From: Leucoraja ocellata
Taxonomy: Eukaryota
Direction: 5' to 3'
Assembly (NCBI GenBank): GCA_036785375.1
Contig: JAWMAR010000023.1
Coordinates: 6,758,001-6,822,000 of the forward strand
Length of the DNA: 64,000 nucleotides
In this document: piece after piece, positions 26,291 through 39,579 of the stretch
How the letters are laid out: every line of letters begins with the position of its first letter
How positions within the stretch are numbered: the first letter of the stretch is position 1
The notes under the pieces: generated by a model
What the model saw: the letters and a program-made list of their open reading frames with translations, nothing else
Told to the model about the DNA's origin: nothing
Database searches by the model: none
Position numbers and translations under genes: made by a program

Positions 26291-29200
26291 TGTCCTCTGT
26301 TATCTTTAATGGTATCTGCCAAATTATTGCATCTTATAATTTAGTATACCTCTTCCAGATCACTACTCAGCTGCCAAAGCTCAAGAGAAAACAAACCAAA
26401 TTTATCCAATCCCTCCCCTTAATTAAAGTCCCCCACCTGGAAATATCACGGTCCACCCGAAACATCACCTATCCATTTCTTCCACAGATGCTGCCTGACC
26501 CACTGAGTTACTCCAGCACTTTGTGTTTTACTCGAGATTGCAGCATCTGCAGTTCCTTGTATTTACTGTCCAATTTCCGCTGTGTCCTCTCCAGCTCAAC
26601 CACATCCTTCTTAATTTCTTTCTTAGACATTCTATCATTTCCAAAAGAGATTCTCTCAATTCTAAATCTGTATATAACATGCTACAGGTATGTTTTATTT
26701 TTTTCCAACTTATCAAATCGTCAATATCCTTCATCATCCAATGTTTCCTAATCTTGACAGCTTTGCCTTTCACCTTTACTGAAACCTGCTGACCCTGAAC
26801 TCTTACTCACTTTTAAAATCTCCCACTTGACAGCTGTTGTTTTACCCACAAGCAATTAGAAAGCAATTGACTGGCTAAGGGCAGAGACATGGTGTAAACA
26901 GAGATAGCAAACTCTTTTAGGAAAGTAATCTAGTGTTGGTGCAGGAAGCCATCTATATACTGAGCGGAAGCTCCATTTTCAAGAAAATATATGCCACTAC
27001 CCCTGTCCAGACCATGCTGCACATGCTATAGAAACATTGCCGTCCAAAGGGCTGATTATTTATTTGCTGTGAAAGTCAATTCAAATTGCAAGCATCGCTT
27101 TAATTTCTTCTTCAACAAGCAAGTAATGCGACCCGAGTCCAGATATAATAGGCACTAATAATTTCTATATCCATAAACACCAAACAACTTGCATGTGGGC
27201 ATTTATGCTTAACTTTTGCAACAAGAATACAATAGCCTTTTATTTTCTTACTGAATCAAGCTAAAAACAGCATTGTCACTAATCAGCTTAGTGAAACCCA
27301 CATGGAACACCCAGCTCCTGTTGATAAACATACTGTGTGCTTAAGAATTATAGCTGGTCACTGTTACTCTCAAGAACCTTAATGTTCAAATGGAAAGCAG
27401 CACTCCCAATGGGGTCGAACTGAACATAAAGCATCATTTCTCGTTTTGCATTCTTTGAGAAAAATGCCAACTTTATATTAGCCTTTTTAATAAAAATTTC
27501 CTGATATGTTTATTGTACATGAACACCTTCCACTAGCATTTGGAACAAATACTTTTAAGGAAGACCCCAACATTATAGCAGTTTGGGAAACAGAAATTCA
27601 CCCTTAGAGATTCCTAAAAAAATTGGGACTGGGAATAAAATTCACATTAAATTTTTTTTTTTTTTTAAAGTGAATAGACAAAAAAATGTTTTTCAACTCG
27701 CATTTCTTGACGCATACGCCGATAAAACGGTGTTGCACTCTGGAAAATTACAATCTGAACAATGTTCTTGGAACACATCCCATAACTCAGGGGTCATCTT
27801 TATATGGTGCAAATACTGCATTTAATGCGTCAATGCATCGAGCCATATGAGGCATGAATCCTTTGATCAATGTGTACAGAGTGGCTTAGTGGATAGTGCT
27901 CGAACACTCAGTTTCTGATTCTATCTTTAACTGATTTTTACGGTATTCATTTACGGTGTTTCATTTATTGAAACAGCAGTTGTAGGAGCACCTTGAAACT
28001 GCTTTCGTAAATCATAGGTGAAGCTGTAGAAAGCAGAAAACAACCTTGGTATCTGCGGGCTTGGAAACAGCAAAATATTTATTAAAATAAGACTGCCATT
28101 CTTGATCATACTGGAAAAAATGCAACAATACTTTGTAATATTGCAAACTAATCTAGATTTTTCTATAAACCCTGCCTAAAAGAAGACAGAGAATTTAAGG
28201 GGAAAGTGTTTCAAAGCTGCCTCCCTGCCAGCAGGGATCTGTCTGTGCTTTCAACAGAAACCCAGGAAAATGCATGTAAAACAATCAGTACATGTGGTAC
28301 CCTAATAAAATGTAACTTCATGTTGATATAATTAGCCAAATAATTTATTTTCACATTAAAATGGTCTGCTACAAAAAAGCACAAACAGTCTGTAGGCATA
28401 TCAACAATTCCTCCAAATGGGAACAGATTCAAAATGTATAGGTCAACCTAGAACAATTAGAACTTAAGCAGCTTCTGTCAACTCTGGTTCTTGTCATTCC
28501 ATGTTCAGTTCTCCTAATCGCTCCAGAGTTGCTAATTATCACCAGAGCTAGTAGGTTCATGTGCTGGGCAACTGCAAAAATAAGTTCCAATATATTCCCA
28601 TTACCACTGATATTCATAATAAATTAAACACATGGAAATCTATTAAAATTAGGCAGAATAATCAGTTAAAGACTGAATCAGAGACTGAGGATTAGAGTCC
28701 TATTCACTGATTCACTCTATCCTCTGATCCAAACCATATTAATGGCATTGGAGACAAGAGAGACTGCAGATGTTGGAATCTGGAGTGAAAAAAAACAAAG
28801 TGCTGGAAGAACTCAGCACATCAAGCAGCTTCTCTGAAGGCAAAGAGATTGCCATCAATATCTCTCATTGTTGCTGTTTGGTTAAATGTAATGAAAGGGT
28901 ACAGTATTTCATTTTAAGTGGTGATTTTTCACAGAAAAGAGGTGTAAATTTTAGCGGCTTCTCTGTTGCAATAAATGGCTGCAGATAGAAGCTTTACCAG
29001 AGGATATCTCTGCAGTCAGCTCATATCAACATTTTGCAGATACAAATGTAAAGTAAACTTTAGTTGTCCGGCAGGCTGGGTAGCTTGTGCCCATAACAAT
29101 GCCAACGAGAAATGTTTCCAGTCTTCAGGCCACAATTTCTCTCAACAATGAAAGAGCATCAGGAACAGCCTTCAGATCTAAACTAAACATTCAGAGATAC

Positions 29201-30289
29201 AAATTCAAATCCCACAATAGCAATCATTGAATTCAAATGTAGTTACGTAATAAACTGAAATGATGAGAAGAAAATCTTGACTGCTGATTAGGGACATGTC
29301 GGGAGTTGGTTGTGCGCTCAAAAGCTACTAACAGGCTCCATATATCGATTCAAGTTTTACAAAGCTCCGGTGTCTACGTTATATGCTGTTAATGAACAAG
29401 CTTGATTTCTAAGGTTATGCCTATTGAGCACTTCAAGTATAAATCAATGTATGCATATGGGTCACATTCATTTGTTTTTGGAAATATGTTTAAAGAAACT
29501 GTGAAATGGAGTATCTGAAACAAGCGCCCTTTATAACTTTGATCAATCAACAACAAGAGATAGTACTTCATAGAAACTCTGGATAATGAGTCAACACACA
29601 AGTAGCGCATGACTTGCAACCACCATATTTTCACTGGATCATTTCAATTCCATCCCTTCAGCTTTTAGGCATTCATTTCAGGGTTGTCCTTAAGATGAAG
29701 GCAGTTTCTGATAATGAAGCGGCCCGTATTAGCCAGTCAACAGCAAGACTTGAAGAACATCGGACAATATGGGAGATAAAAATCATGGCAAGTAATGACG
29801 ACCTGAAATGTGTAAAAAAAAACATCAACATTCTTGGAGTCACCGCTGACTAGACATTTAACTGGTCTTGTCTCATGAAATAGCTACGAGAGCAGCTCAG
29901 GATCTTGGAGCGTTTCTGACCTTCTTTCAGTTCATATCCTAACCCCCAAAGTCGGCCTGTCATTTGCATGATTCATATCTTGCCATGCGGTGCTGGCTCG
30001 AAGGGCCGAATGGCCTCCTCCTGCACCTATTTTTTATATTTAGAGCGTGACAGTCACACATGTGGATGCGTTCAGCTTCAACATTGAAGCACAAGATCAT
30101 TCCAGCACAAAACAGTGCTGTGTGTTAGGTTAAAGGTTCTGCCATTGGACTTGATATCCAAGTCCTTCGTCTTACGTACTGAGCTCACACGGTTTACTAA
30201 AAAAAAGGATTGCCACAATCAAATAGTGCTGACACGATAAATTTGACGAGTATTATACCTAGCACAAAGAAATATACAATCAAAATGCA

Positions 30290-30660
30290 AGGTTTGAGCC
30301 AACAACCTTCTCGGCTGATCAAACGATGAGCCGCAGCCTTTGGATGTCAAGCTTGGTGTCCGAGAAGGTGAGGGCAGACTCTATGATGACAGTATAAAAC
30401 TGGACCATCATTTCCTGCGGCAGATTGTGTTTTCTCCACTGTCGCAGGAATTACATCCTCTGTTGGGCCTTTTTGACTGTGGTGATGATGGGGCCTCCCA
30501 TTTAAGGTCTCTGGAGATGATGGTTCCAAGGAACTTAAATGACTTCACAGATGTGACTGCGGTGTTGTTGATGGTGAGTGGGGGGAGGGGAGCGGGAGCT
30601 CTCCTTAAGTACACCATCAATTCCACTGTCTTAAGAGCATTGAGCTCCAGGTTGTTGCGA
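30290..30660 (-). mobile_element. Rex1/Babar LINE RT fragment
   Basis: NNLELNALKTVELMVYLRRAPAPLPPLTINNTAVTSVKSFKFLGTIISRDLKW. Confidence 0.85.
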
Positions 30661-31596
30661 TGGATTATTGTACCTGTTCTGTGGAGTACAACAAATTAAG
30701 TTGAAGCATCAACTGTGTGTTTCAACTGAAGTACGGTACACACTATATTGCCAAGTATTCAATAACTTTAGGGTTACACAGCTTAAGAGAACAGCAATAC
30801 AATAACCTGAAAGTAACATGGCTAACAACTGGTTAATGTGCCACAAGGTACATAAGCCGCACTGCATCTCCTTCAAAATAATCGACAACCTCACTCATGC
30901 AAGTGCATGAGAAAGAAAACACGGCAGTAAAGAACTTGCACGTCTAATTAAGGACTTATATGCAGTATACGCCTTTAGGCACTGCAGATTTCTTATACAT
31001 CTAAGACCTTCCTATGGGATCTCTTTGCTCTGTATCTCCACTTTGCCTGGGCTTGCCTGCTCACAGAGCACTCCCTGCGAGTCTCAAATTTGTGCACTTA
31101 GGAGATTGAGGGATCTTCATGTTCATTATAATGCAATGACTGTTAAAACCATCTAAATATGATTTTAATTACAAATAAATACCACTGTAGCCTTCTCCAT
31201 TAACACCAGTGGCACAGATAGCATTTGTCATAAACCTTTCCATGTCTTCCTTTATCTCGGTGGTATTCTGGGTTTGTTGTTTATTTTTTTTCCCTGTCTG
31301 CAACACACGCAGAACCTGTAGATGTCAGTATCTGCAATAAATTGCCTGCTTTAGTAAACTTGTATAAAATATCATATTTTATTACGGTATTAACAGTAGA
31401 TGTTTTGAATGGACAAATCAAGGCTGCATGAATTATCTGGCATCGATAGCAGCTTTGCTGCCTTTTGTAATAATGTGTCTCCTAGGTTTCTCAAGTTTTG
31501 GTCTTTGACATGCTAGTTTCCACAAAAATACAATTTTGTTTCTCACATAATCAAGCCTCAATGAAGGCAGTCAACGCCGACAATATGTACAGTAAG

Positions 31597-31926
31597 AGCC
31601 CTGTCTCGCGGTACGAGTTCATTCCAAGAGCTCTCCCGAGTTTGCCCTGATTCGAACTTGGAGATTTACGGTAATGGTCACTCATCGGTACTCGGGACTC
31701 TCGTGGACATTTTTCAACATGTTGAAAAATCTTCACGAGTCTTCCCGTACTTACCTGCCGTTAGTGAGTCTTCCCGAGTACCTGCCGTTAGCGTTACGAG
31801 CCGCTAAGGGACGTCCCCGAGCTCCAAGGTACCCGCAATGTTCATTTTCCGAGCTTACCACGAGTTTGCATTTTTTTTTAAACTCGGGAGAGCTCTTGGA
31901 ATGAACTCATACCGTGGGACAGGGCT
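31597..31926. mobile_element. MITE with 47-bp TIRs (PIF/Harbinger-like)
   Basis: 31597-31643 and 31880-31926 are inverted with 44/47 matches; internal tandem duplication of GAGTCTTCCCG...TACCTGCCGTTAG; no clean TSD. Confidence 0.8.
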
Positions 31927-32499
31927 TGATGCCTGCACAATGCCCTTAGGTCAGCATCTTGAACAACACAAAACTCTCTCATTGTTCAGTGCTACTTCCA
32001 TCACATTGGCAATTCTCCTGGCCTCTTCAAAGGCGAGGTCTAGCCTATTAATAAATGCATTCATTTATCAGCTAATCTGCATATTAATTGTTAACAATAA
32101 ATAATTGAAGAATTTGAAAGCTTTCTGAACTTTGGGTCTTTTTAGGTCTCAACAATTCACAATAATATCAGATATCCAAACTCACTTCCTTTACCAGTAG
32201 GACTTCCTTTCACTTACAGATTATTGCACCTTGCTCTGATGAATTCTTGCCAAAAGCATCTATGAAAATACTGGTCTGTGCCATTTTTCTTACTCATCTA
32301 GGGGCTGCTTATCGACTATTTGGAGATTATGATAATCTCACAGATTATGTTTCCTGGGTGCCTCTGTAACCCACCAGAAACCCATTCCACATGCTCCCAA
32401 AACTAGCAGAGGATCTGGTTTCCACATTTCGCACCCTAAAATTCACTGAACCTTGATTCCTGCACACCCTTGACACTTACTGGATACTCTGAAATTATA

Positions 32500-33310
32500 C
32501 AGCAATGAAATGGCATTTGTCTCAATTAGTCCATGTCAACCAAAATGCCTATCTACTTTAATCCCAATGGACTGCATTTGGCCTATATCCCTCTAAACCT
32601 TTGCTATCCATTTGCCAGTCCAATCATTTTTTAAGGTTGCAACTGTACCTGCCTCAACCATTTCATCTGGTAACTTGTTCTATATACGTTCCACATCTGT
32701 GTGTTAAAAAGTTAAATCTTTTCACTTTCACCTTAAATCTATGCCCTCTAGTTTTAGATTCCTCTACCCTGTTTTGCGATCACTGCTCCTCATAATGTCA
32801 TATCTCTTATGTCACTCTTTAGCCTATTTTGCTCAGGAAAACAGTCTCAACCAATCAAATCTTTTCTGATAATTCAAGCCATCCAGTTCCAGCCAATCTT
32901 GTGAATCTTCCCAGCAACTTCTCTACCTTAATCACATCCTTCCTATAGCGTGGTGACCAGAACGGCATACAGTATTCCAAGTGCAGCCTAACCAACAGCT
33001 CACTTTTAACATTAAAAGAAAACTGAATTAAAAGGTCACTTTGAGGAGAAATTACATTCAATAATCCAGAAAATGTACCAATCCAGTGATTACATCCCAG
33101 ATGGTCAATTTTATTGACCATGCCAACCAAGCTGAGTTGAACTCATTTTCCAGTGTTTGGCCTACATCCATCTAAACCATTCCCGACTACATTAATGTCC
33201 TCTGGCAGTTTCCTCTGGCAGTTTATTTCACATACCCATAACCCTCAGTGTGAAAAGGTTGTCCTGCAAGTCCCCTTTACATCTTTCCCCTCTCACCTTA
33301 AATCCATCCC
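32500..33310 (-). mobile_element. Old CR1 3' fragments
   Basis: LLVRLHLEYCMPFWSPRYRKDVIKVEK in the minus-strand ORF 32855-33130. Confidence 0.7.
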
Positions 33311-33655
33311 CTCTCGCAGTAATAGCCTGCTTTCCCTTTGATATTATATCATTGGACTTCAGAATAATTAATTGGATGTGAAATGTCCAAGAATGCAACC
33401 AGGAAGTTCAAACTTAAAATCTTTCATCTTTATTTCTAAACCCCCAGAATTAATAAACAAATCAGCATCTCTCAATTTTTTGAGCTGATCCAAAAATTAG
33501 ACAAATAGAACATTAAAGTGCAAGTGCATATTTCAAGGTACAAGATTCTAAACTTCTCAATATCCCAAGCAACCTTTTTTTGACCGTAAAGCAACAATGC
33601 ATGGAACTCAAGCAAGTATTCTTTGTTTTTCATGTTAACGCCCAATCCTTTAACA

Positions 33656-34032
33656 CAGTGGTTCCCAACCTTTTTTAGCTCATGGCCCCCTTGGGATCTT
33701 TTAATTTTTCTGTGCCCCCGCCCCCCCCTGACATTATTAGTGGGAAAAAAGTACTTCAATATTCTAATACCTTCCATAAAAACATCAGTGTCTATTAATT
33801 GCACATATATTCTCTTTTATTCTATTCCACAAACATCAAAAATATTTCAACAACATAGATTAAAATTTATTAGAACTGAAATTTAGGAGGCAACAGGGTG
33901 GTAGCTCTGTGGCCCCCTTCATTGAACCTCTGGCCCACTAAATCCCAATTTTTTTCTGTGGCCCACTAAATCCCAATTTTTTTCTGTGGCCCCCCTGAAA
34001 TTTGCCATATGGCCCCAGGTTGGGAATCACTG
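33656..34032. mobile_element. hAT/Charlie-type MITE (377 bp)
   Basis: TIRs CAGTGGTTCCCAACC / CAGTGATTCCCAACC (14/15); perfect 8-bp TSD CTTTAACA at 33648-33655 and 34033-34040; subterminal TGGCCC repeats; an internal tandem duplication. Confidence 0.93.
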
Positions 34033-36281
34033 CTTTAACACACTAAATTGAAGTGAAAAGGACTGCACAGGGAACTATTTTAAATCCAGCTGTTACGCAC
34101 AGAGAAAGTACAATCTGGTCCCACGCCAGCAAAGCACAACTGTAGTAGAGCTCCACAGATCAACATTCAACTGATCTTCACAGAAGAGGATTGGAAAGAT
34201 CAGATTAATGCCGCAAGAGATGATTTTCGACATGACATGCAAAGCATCTGGATTGTGCCAAACCAGGCATGACTGGAACCTTCATTAATTTCTCAGTTAT
34301 TTAACTCCCCACATTATCCAATCAAGGCAACAAGAAAGCTAGTCCAGGAAGTGAGAAAGGGTGATTATTTTATAATTCACATCTTTTTTTCACTTCTCCA
34401 AAATAAGCAGCCTTTGTTCGCCTGAATGAAGGGAGTAGTTTAAAAAACATCTGGTCTTTTGCCATGCAGAATTGTGAAATCTGTGTTATTTTTCTGCCAA
34501 TTGTGCACAGGAGTTTCTAATTCTGCTGAAATGCATCAAAATTACCTTGCCAGAAACAAAGGTGATGGGAGGTGATTGTGCGACAGGGAAACACTTAAAG
34601 CAGAGCAAGGCACTCACTCACCCCACTTCTTTGCTCATTGACTCCCAATTTAAAATACAGGCTGCAATAATGCCTACCCCCAAATTACCAAATATGTTTT
34701 AAATATATAGATTCAAGAAGGCGGACATCATCTGGGTCAATTTGCTATCCTTCCTCAGTCTCTAACAGCACACGTATTTTAAATCTTTCACAGATAATAA
34801 AAGTTTGTAAAAGTAAAAACTTGATTAAATAGGCAACAATATACTTGTGGCAGATACAAGGAACTGCAGATGCTCCGTGGGACAGGAAGCACCTATCGAG
34901 GATATGAACAGGCAACATTTTCTCAGTCTGAAGAAGGGTCCCGACCCGAAAAGTCTTCAATCCAAGTCCTCCAGAGAGATGCTGCCTGAAACAGCGAGTT
35001 ACTCCAGCACTTTGTGTCCTTATGCGTAAACCAGCATCTGCAGTTCCTTGTTTCCACTAAGACCTTAAACAATTAGAACACAGCTTTATTGTAAAGTATC
35101 TTTGCCCTCTTCACCTTCACTTACTGTTCGCATTCCTTCAGTTTTAACAACATGGATAAAAACTAAGAATTCACTGTTGATCCAGGGGTATATGCAGCTA
35201 AGACACTGCATTAAAAGCATCAGCATTTGCATAAACATCAACGATAGACAGTAGTATCGCATTACCACCTTTTGACCACACTTTATTGTCATCTTGTAGC
35301 ATGCGACCAGGCTTGTTTTCCAACGACACGTTTGGAATATTAAAGCTGATCTCTTCAGCCTGCATTACATTGTTTATTCCCAAGCCATCAACTCTAACTT
35401 CCCCACAACAGTTGTCTCAGACTAAATCAAATGGTTTACAACTTGCATCATATTGACACCAAAGTTAGTTACAGACCGCATATCTATCCAACTATTATTT
35501 GCATCTCTGCAACATCGCCCAATTGGGCACATTTACTACTGAAACTTTTTATCATTCCATTTTTTAAGCAAAAAATAAACTGCGGGAAAAATTCAACGAA
35601 TTAAGCAACATCTGTGTAGGCAAAGGGACAGTCAACATTTTCCAGTCAAGACCCTGCAAAGTGATTGATAGTGACAATCCCTTTGCTGAGTCCTGATGCA
35701 AGGTTTTGTTCCAAAATGTCAACTATCCCTTTGCCTCCATTGGAATCTGCTTGATCCATTGAGATCCTACAGCACTTTCCTTTTTATTGCAGATTCTAGT
35801 GTTTGCAATCTTTCAAGATGTCATTTTTTAAGCATAGATCTTGGCTACCTTGGCTTTACTATCTGAACACCCTCCAGGCTACCTTTACTCATTCTGGAGG
35901 TTATTCGTATATCCACAGCTCATGCCCTATGTTGCACCAAATACTGCTTTTCCACAATTTCCATGCTTTCTATCATACAGACAATTTTTGACCTTTCAAG
36001 ACTGCATGAGTGTTTGTGATATTAGCTGCAAGACATTAAACTCTGGGATTCTCTCTCTAAATTCCTTCATTTCTTTTTCCACCTTGAACAACATTTATGA
36101 AATCTAAGGTACACAAAAATGCTGCAGAAACTCAGCGGGTGCAGCAACATCTAGGGATCGAAGGAAATAGGCAACGTTTCGGGGCAAAACCCTTTTTCAG
36201 ATTCATATAAAATTTAATTCATAAAATCTAACCTTGGTCCAATGTGGCTATGTATTAAACTGTGCTTGAGAATGTTTTTGT

Positions 36282-36909
36282 GAAGAAACTTAGCAGATTT
36301 CCCAGTATAAAAAATAGGTACATAGGCTAAAAAATGGGTATTGTTGCTTTCCTACTAATGCTTCTCAAATAATTTCCTCGCAGTTTTCATCATCACCCTG
36401 CAAAAATGCAGTCATTCAAAGCTTTAGGCTTTCACCTTCTGGGCACTCCTAATATCTTTGTTTCACCGCCTGGAGCAACATCATTGTAGTCAGTTTCCAA
36501 TTAACAATAAATTTGTACCCATGAGCCAAATGAGCCCCTCACTCCTGCTCATGCTTCCTTCCAAATCCGTTACCAGTACTCTAGCCTCCGCACAAAGCAC
36601 TGCAATCCCTCACTTTCTAGCAGTGACCAGTTCTTGACATTGCTCAATTTGCTTTTCATTCCAAAGCAACTTAAAATGGTTCCACTATACTCATCTCCAT
36701 CCTACTTTCTTCTCATTATGAACTTTCACCTCTTGCCAGAGCTTTGAATGGCTGATTTTTTGCAGGGTGGTGATGGAAACCTCAACAAAATTATTTGAGA
36801 AGCATTACAATACAATACAATACAATACCATTTATTGTCATTAGTAGGAAAGCAACAATACCTATCTTGTTGCCTATGTAGCTATTTTTAATACTTGAAA
36901 AGTTTCTTC
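36282..36909. repeat. ~140-bp imperfect inverted repeat (36282-36423 / 36740-36909)
   Basis: Arms share blocks such as GGTATTGTTGCTTTCCTAC, CTTCTCAAATAATTT and CACCCTGCAAAAA; the right arm carries a micro-insertion. Confidence 0.85.
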
Positions 36910-38994
36910 GCCTTTTGCCTTACAAGTGATGCTGCACAAAATTGAGTTATTATAGAATGAGCAGGATAATTTTATGCTGATAAATCTTCAAAGGACTACA
37001 AATAATTGTATTCATCGGGAAGCAATGCAGAGTTTAGGGAGGAAAAATTACAATAGAAAAGGCATCCACCTAGATTTGATATTATTCCAAATTTGTTATG
37101 GGAATCATCAGCAAAGCAGGGTAATGTTCTGTACAATGGAGACACGAGGAACTGATGCTGGAATCTTGAGCAAAACATAAAGTGCTGTGGTCACTCAGCA
37201 GGTCAGGCAGCATCTCTGGAGAGTGGTCCCAACCTGAAACATCGCCATTCTATTTACACCAGAGATGCCGCTTGACCCACTGAGTTACTCCAGCACTTTG
37301 TGTTTTCTTTAATATTTGGTTCAGTTTAGTCAGCGTGTCCACCACCTGCTTGGCAGTACCAATGAGGAGAAGTGCCAGCTAAAAGCTGCAAAATTTAGCA
37401 TGAACTTAGTTCAAAATAGCTAGGCTATTACCTTCAGAAAATTTGGCCAGTATTATTCAAAATAGAATGCACAGCAACATTTCCTTGAGGATAACGCATA
37501 GCCTTCATCAGAGAGTTACCGTTTATAACTCAGATGCCATAGGCCAGAGAATTATTTTCAGGATAACATGCAAGGCACACACGCAGATACACGGGCCAAT
37601 AATGCACAGACAAGTGTTAAACAAAAAATAATGGAGACCCAAAAATATATTTCCTAAAAAATAATAACATTTATCACCTTCAGGTGTAATATCATCCCAG
37701 TCATAAGGATACCAATTTTCACTGACTAGTTTGTTGAAAGCTGCTATTTAAGTAAAAAGTGGGCATTGCAAGCATGTGGTATGTGCCATTGCCCATTGGA
37801 GAACAAGTTCCAAACTATAGATCCAACACAGCCCCATCAGTGGCATCACGTTACTCTCCATATTTTTATTCTTCCATATTATATATAATTTATACTTGTA
37901 GATTGCTCCCTTAGTGCTGCTGCTAACCCAGTTTTTACATTATATATCACAAGTATTATTGTCAGTCTTCAACTGTGCAATGGAAGCACACAACACTAAC
38001 TGGACAACTCACCATCATGGAGAGAAAAACGGGCATGCACAGTTCAGATTCGTAAGAATATTTGTACCGACTCTCGCTTAGCCATCACCCCTTTGGTTCA
38101 CAATCTAGTAGCACCACAAATTTCTGATTTGCATTCTTATGTTCAAATCACTCGCCTGACCTTTCTCAGAAATTTTCCTCCTGCACATACACCACATTCC
38201 TCAATTCTGGTCACATCTCTACTTTTGAATCAATCACCCATTAACTGTGGTCACTTTAGCTATTTATGCCACAAGTGATTATAACTTCTCTGGAACCTAG
38301 GTTTGAATGACAATAAATAGCATTTTATTCTATTCTCTTTCTCCTCCTTTAAGAATCTCCTCAAAAGCCACCTATGCTGACCATGCTTTTGGTTGTAACT
38401 TCTCCTTTGAAACCTGTGTAAAATGCTGTTTGATATCACTCCTGCTGTTTTGAAATATCTTGTTACATCGAAGAAGTTCAACAACGTCCGTTTACATAAC
38501 ACTTTGACAAAGAAAAGTGATCGGAAAGCAGCAAAAGCATTGCCAAACTAAAATATTGCTACTGAGCCACAGAGAGATATAGGGGGGGGGGGGGGGGGGG
38601 GGGGAGATAAGCAAAAGCTTGACCATCAAAATTGATTTATAGTGTAACAGAGCCATGACATCAAGAAAACAAAGCCCTCAGCTCATCAATCATCAAGCAC
38701 CCATTTATACTATTTAATTAATCATATTTTCTTCTCCCCACATCGCCCTCAACTCTCCCCATAGTTTTCCAATCACTACACACTGAGTGAAATTTGCAGT
38801 GGCCAGTTAACCCTCCAACTAGCATGTTTTGGGGCAGTGGAATGAAACCAGAGCAGGTGTGAATTGCACTCATCACTGGAAGTCAGGACTATACACTGGT
38901 TTCTGGCGCCATAAGACAGAGAGCATATTATTGAAGTTTTAATCTACAGACAACTCTCGCTTTAACGGCCCCCTTATAACGGATTTTGGTTATG

Positions 38995-39349
38995 CAAACC
39001 TACCGACCCCATCCCCGGCTCACAAGGTGCACCAGCGAGCCTTTCTTCACCAGCTGCTGCGCTGTCCGGTTGAGGTTTCTCTTGTTGCGGCTCACATTGT
39101 AGTCCCTGAGAACAGAGATTTCTTCGGGCTGCCACCACTGACAGCTCCTTTCTCCACCACTGACAGGATGTACTTGGTCACCGTGGGGCTCCCTCACCTC
39201 TCACCAGCTGTCGCTTCTACCTGTTGGCGGTTGGCTTGTTCGGTCCCCGTTCTATCATCACCTCCTATTTCTTCCATCACTTTGACCACTTGGCCTCTCA
39301 CCCCCTCCACTGCTGCCTCCTCCTCCTTCGTCCATGGAGTCCTCGACAT
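38995..39349 (-). pseudogene. Linker histone H1-like pseudogene fragment A
   Basis: MSRTPW...AGER*GSPTVTKYILSVV..(fs)LSVVAA(fs)PKKSL(fs)RDYNVSRNKRNLNRTAQQLVKKGSLVH aligns by eye to the H15 globular domain (GPPVSELI...[30 protein letters not shown]). Confidence 0.7.
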
Positions 39350-39364
39350 AATCCACCTTGCAAG

Positions 39365-39579
39365 ATGTTGGCAACTGTGGTGGTGAAGGTGGTGGTGGAG
39401 GGGGGGGAATGGTTGAGTGAACAAAGTGACAGGAGGAGGAAGAGGAGGCGGCATTGGAAGGCTTCCCCGGGACTACAACGCGAACCACAATAGCCGCATC
39501 AACTGCACCGTGCGGTAACTGGTGAAAAAGGGCTCGCTGGTGCAAACCAGCAGCATCGGTGCCTAGTTTTAAGGTGAAA
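39365..39579 (+). pseudogene. Linker histone H1-like pseudogene fragment B
   Basis: MLATVVVKVVVEGGEWLSEQSDRRRKRRRH..(deletion/fs)DYNANHNSRINCTVR*LVKKGSLVQTSSIGA(fs)SFKVK, compared with H1 [38 protein letters not shown]. Confidence 0.75.

Noticed and set aside
39310-39349. RTPWTKEEEAAV as a Myb/SANT motif
   Set aside because: Only the first helix-like motif is present, without the downstream Trp residues; the frame leads into an H1-like domain instead.
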